Part shown: piece by piece, positions 63,143 through 64,000 of the stretch | Layout: each line of letters opens with the position of its first letter | How positions within the stretch are numbered: position 1 is the first letter of the stretch | Origin: the human T2T-CHM13v2.0 reference genome, Homo sapiens | DNA: 64,000 bases | Reading direction: 5' to 3' (one strand) | Assembly: GCF_009914755.1 (NCBI RefSeq) | Contig: NC_060932.1 | Notes under the pieces: generated by a model | What the model saw: only the letters and a program-made list of their open reading frames with translations | Told to the model about the DNA's origin: nothing | Database searches by the model: none | Program-made: the position numbers and the translations under genes

Positions 63143-63219
63143 GTACAGATAGCGTTGCTGGCACTGCCATAGAAGAATCTATTCTGTTTGCTATTCCTTA
63201 TCAAGTCTCCAAACAATTT
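63143..63219 (-). other. Weak candidate exon (77 nt)
   Basis: Acceptor ttctagtttacag|A; weak donor TAC|gtaagg; one open frame. Confidence 0.15.
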
Positions 63220-63947
63220 CTGTAAACTAGAACGAATTTATCATACAAGGAATCACGCCAACATTTGTAAGGGTTCCAAAGTATAAGACACTGTTTATGC
63301 CCTCAAGATGTTTAAAAATCTAGTTGGAGACACTAGACCTGAACAAACAAAGTTAAGCCATTAAATATTTTAATAACAACTCAATACAATCCTGTGAATA
63401 CAGGTCAGCACACAATTAACTTTTATGTGAATTTAAAGTAAAATAAGAGCTCAGAAGAAGAAATCTTGATAGGCTGGGGTGGTGGGACAATGTTTTGCTG
63501 AGGAGGTATGATTTGGGTTTTCAAAAATGGACAAGGATTTAAGAGAGAAGAGGGAATCATAAAAAGATGGAAGAAGCCAAAGGAAAAACTGTAGCCTGCA
63601 GCAGAGGTGTTTTACAAGGGCAAGATTAGAAGGCAATTTTCAAAATTCAAATCTGTTTAGCAACAGTCTCAGCAGCCACAGTTATAAAATTGGTATTCCA
63701 CTCCAAGGTTTTTGTATCAAGTAAGATGTATGCAAAGCAACAAGAATATAGTAAGTACCCAATAAATGTTAGTTATTGTTTTCAATATCATCATTACACA
63801 TTATTATTAGTAGTACTCACCAGTTAAATTGCCAATGATTTCTGGAACATTTGCTGATAAAGTTTATTAATGTAGAATTTATTTGGCCTCTCATGTCCTA
63901 GCAGCCTGTTCAGCCTTCTCTAAGTAGCACTCTTTTTTAAAAGCAAA

Positions 63948-64000
63948 GAAGGAAGGAAAGAAGGAAGGAAGGAAGGAAGGAAGGAAGGAAGGAAGGAAGG
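63948..64000. repeat. (GGAA)n microsatellite running off the window end
   Basis: At least 9 consecutive GGAA units from 63963. Confidence 0.95.

Overview
Human (primate) genomic DNA that is AT-rich, CpG-poor and mostly transposon-derived; it reads as intronic or intergenic sequence. I recognise no intact protein-coding gene. Almost all ORFs in the track are L1/Alu fragments, microsatellite artefacts or chance. The main features are: (1) a near full-length old L1PA15/16-type element (~10.15-17.94 kb) with a 113-bp tandem array in its 5'UTR and nested AluJ and L1PA5 insertions; (2) a processed PPIA (cyclophilin A) pseudogene with TSD remnant; (3) a full-length L1PA7-type element with TSDs; (4) a young L1HS-Ta insertion with a twin-priming 5' inversion; (5) about 13 Alus; (6) MaLR/ERVL LTRs, MER20, MER6B, Charlie1, L2 and MIR. 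The most unusual signals are a TSD-bounded Alu-unique-Alu composite, several short locally templated insertions or snap-back inversions, and a series of minus-strand splice-site-flanked candidate exons. All subfamily names come from my recall of consensus sequences, not from a database search. I see no convincing new biological system, and the findings are hypotheses with stated tests.
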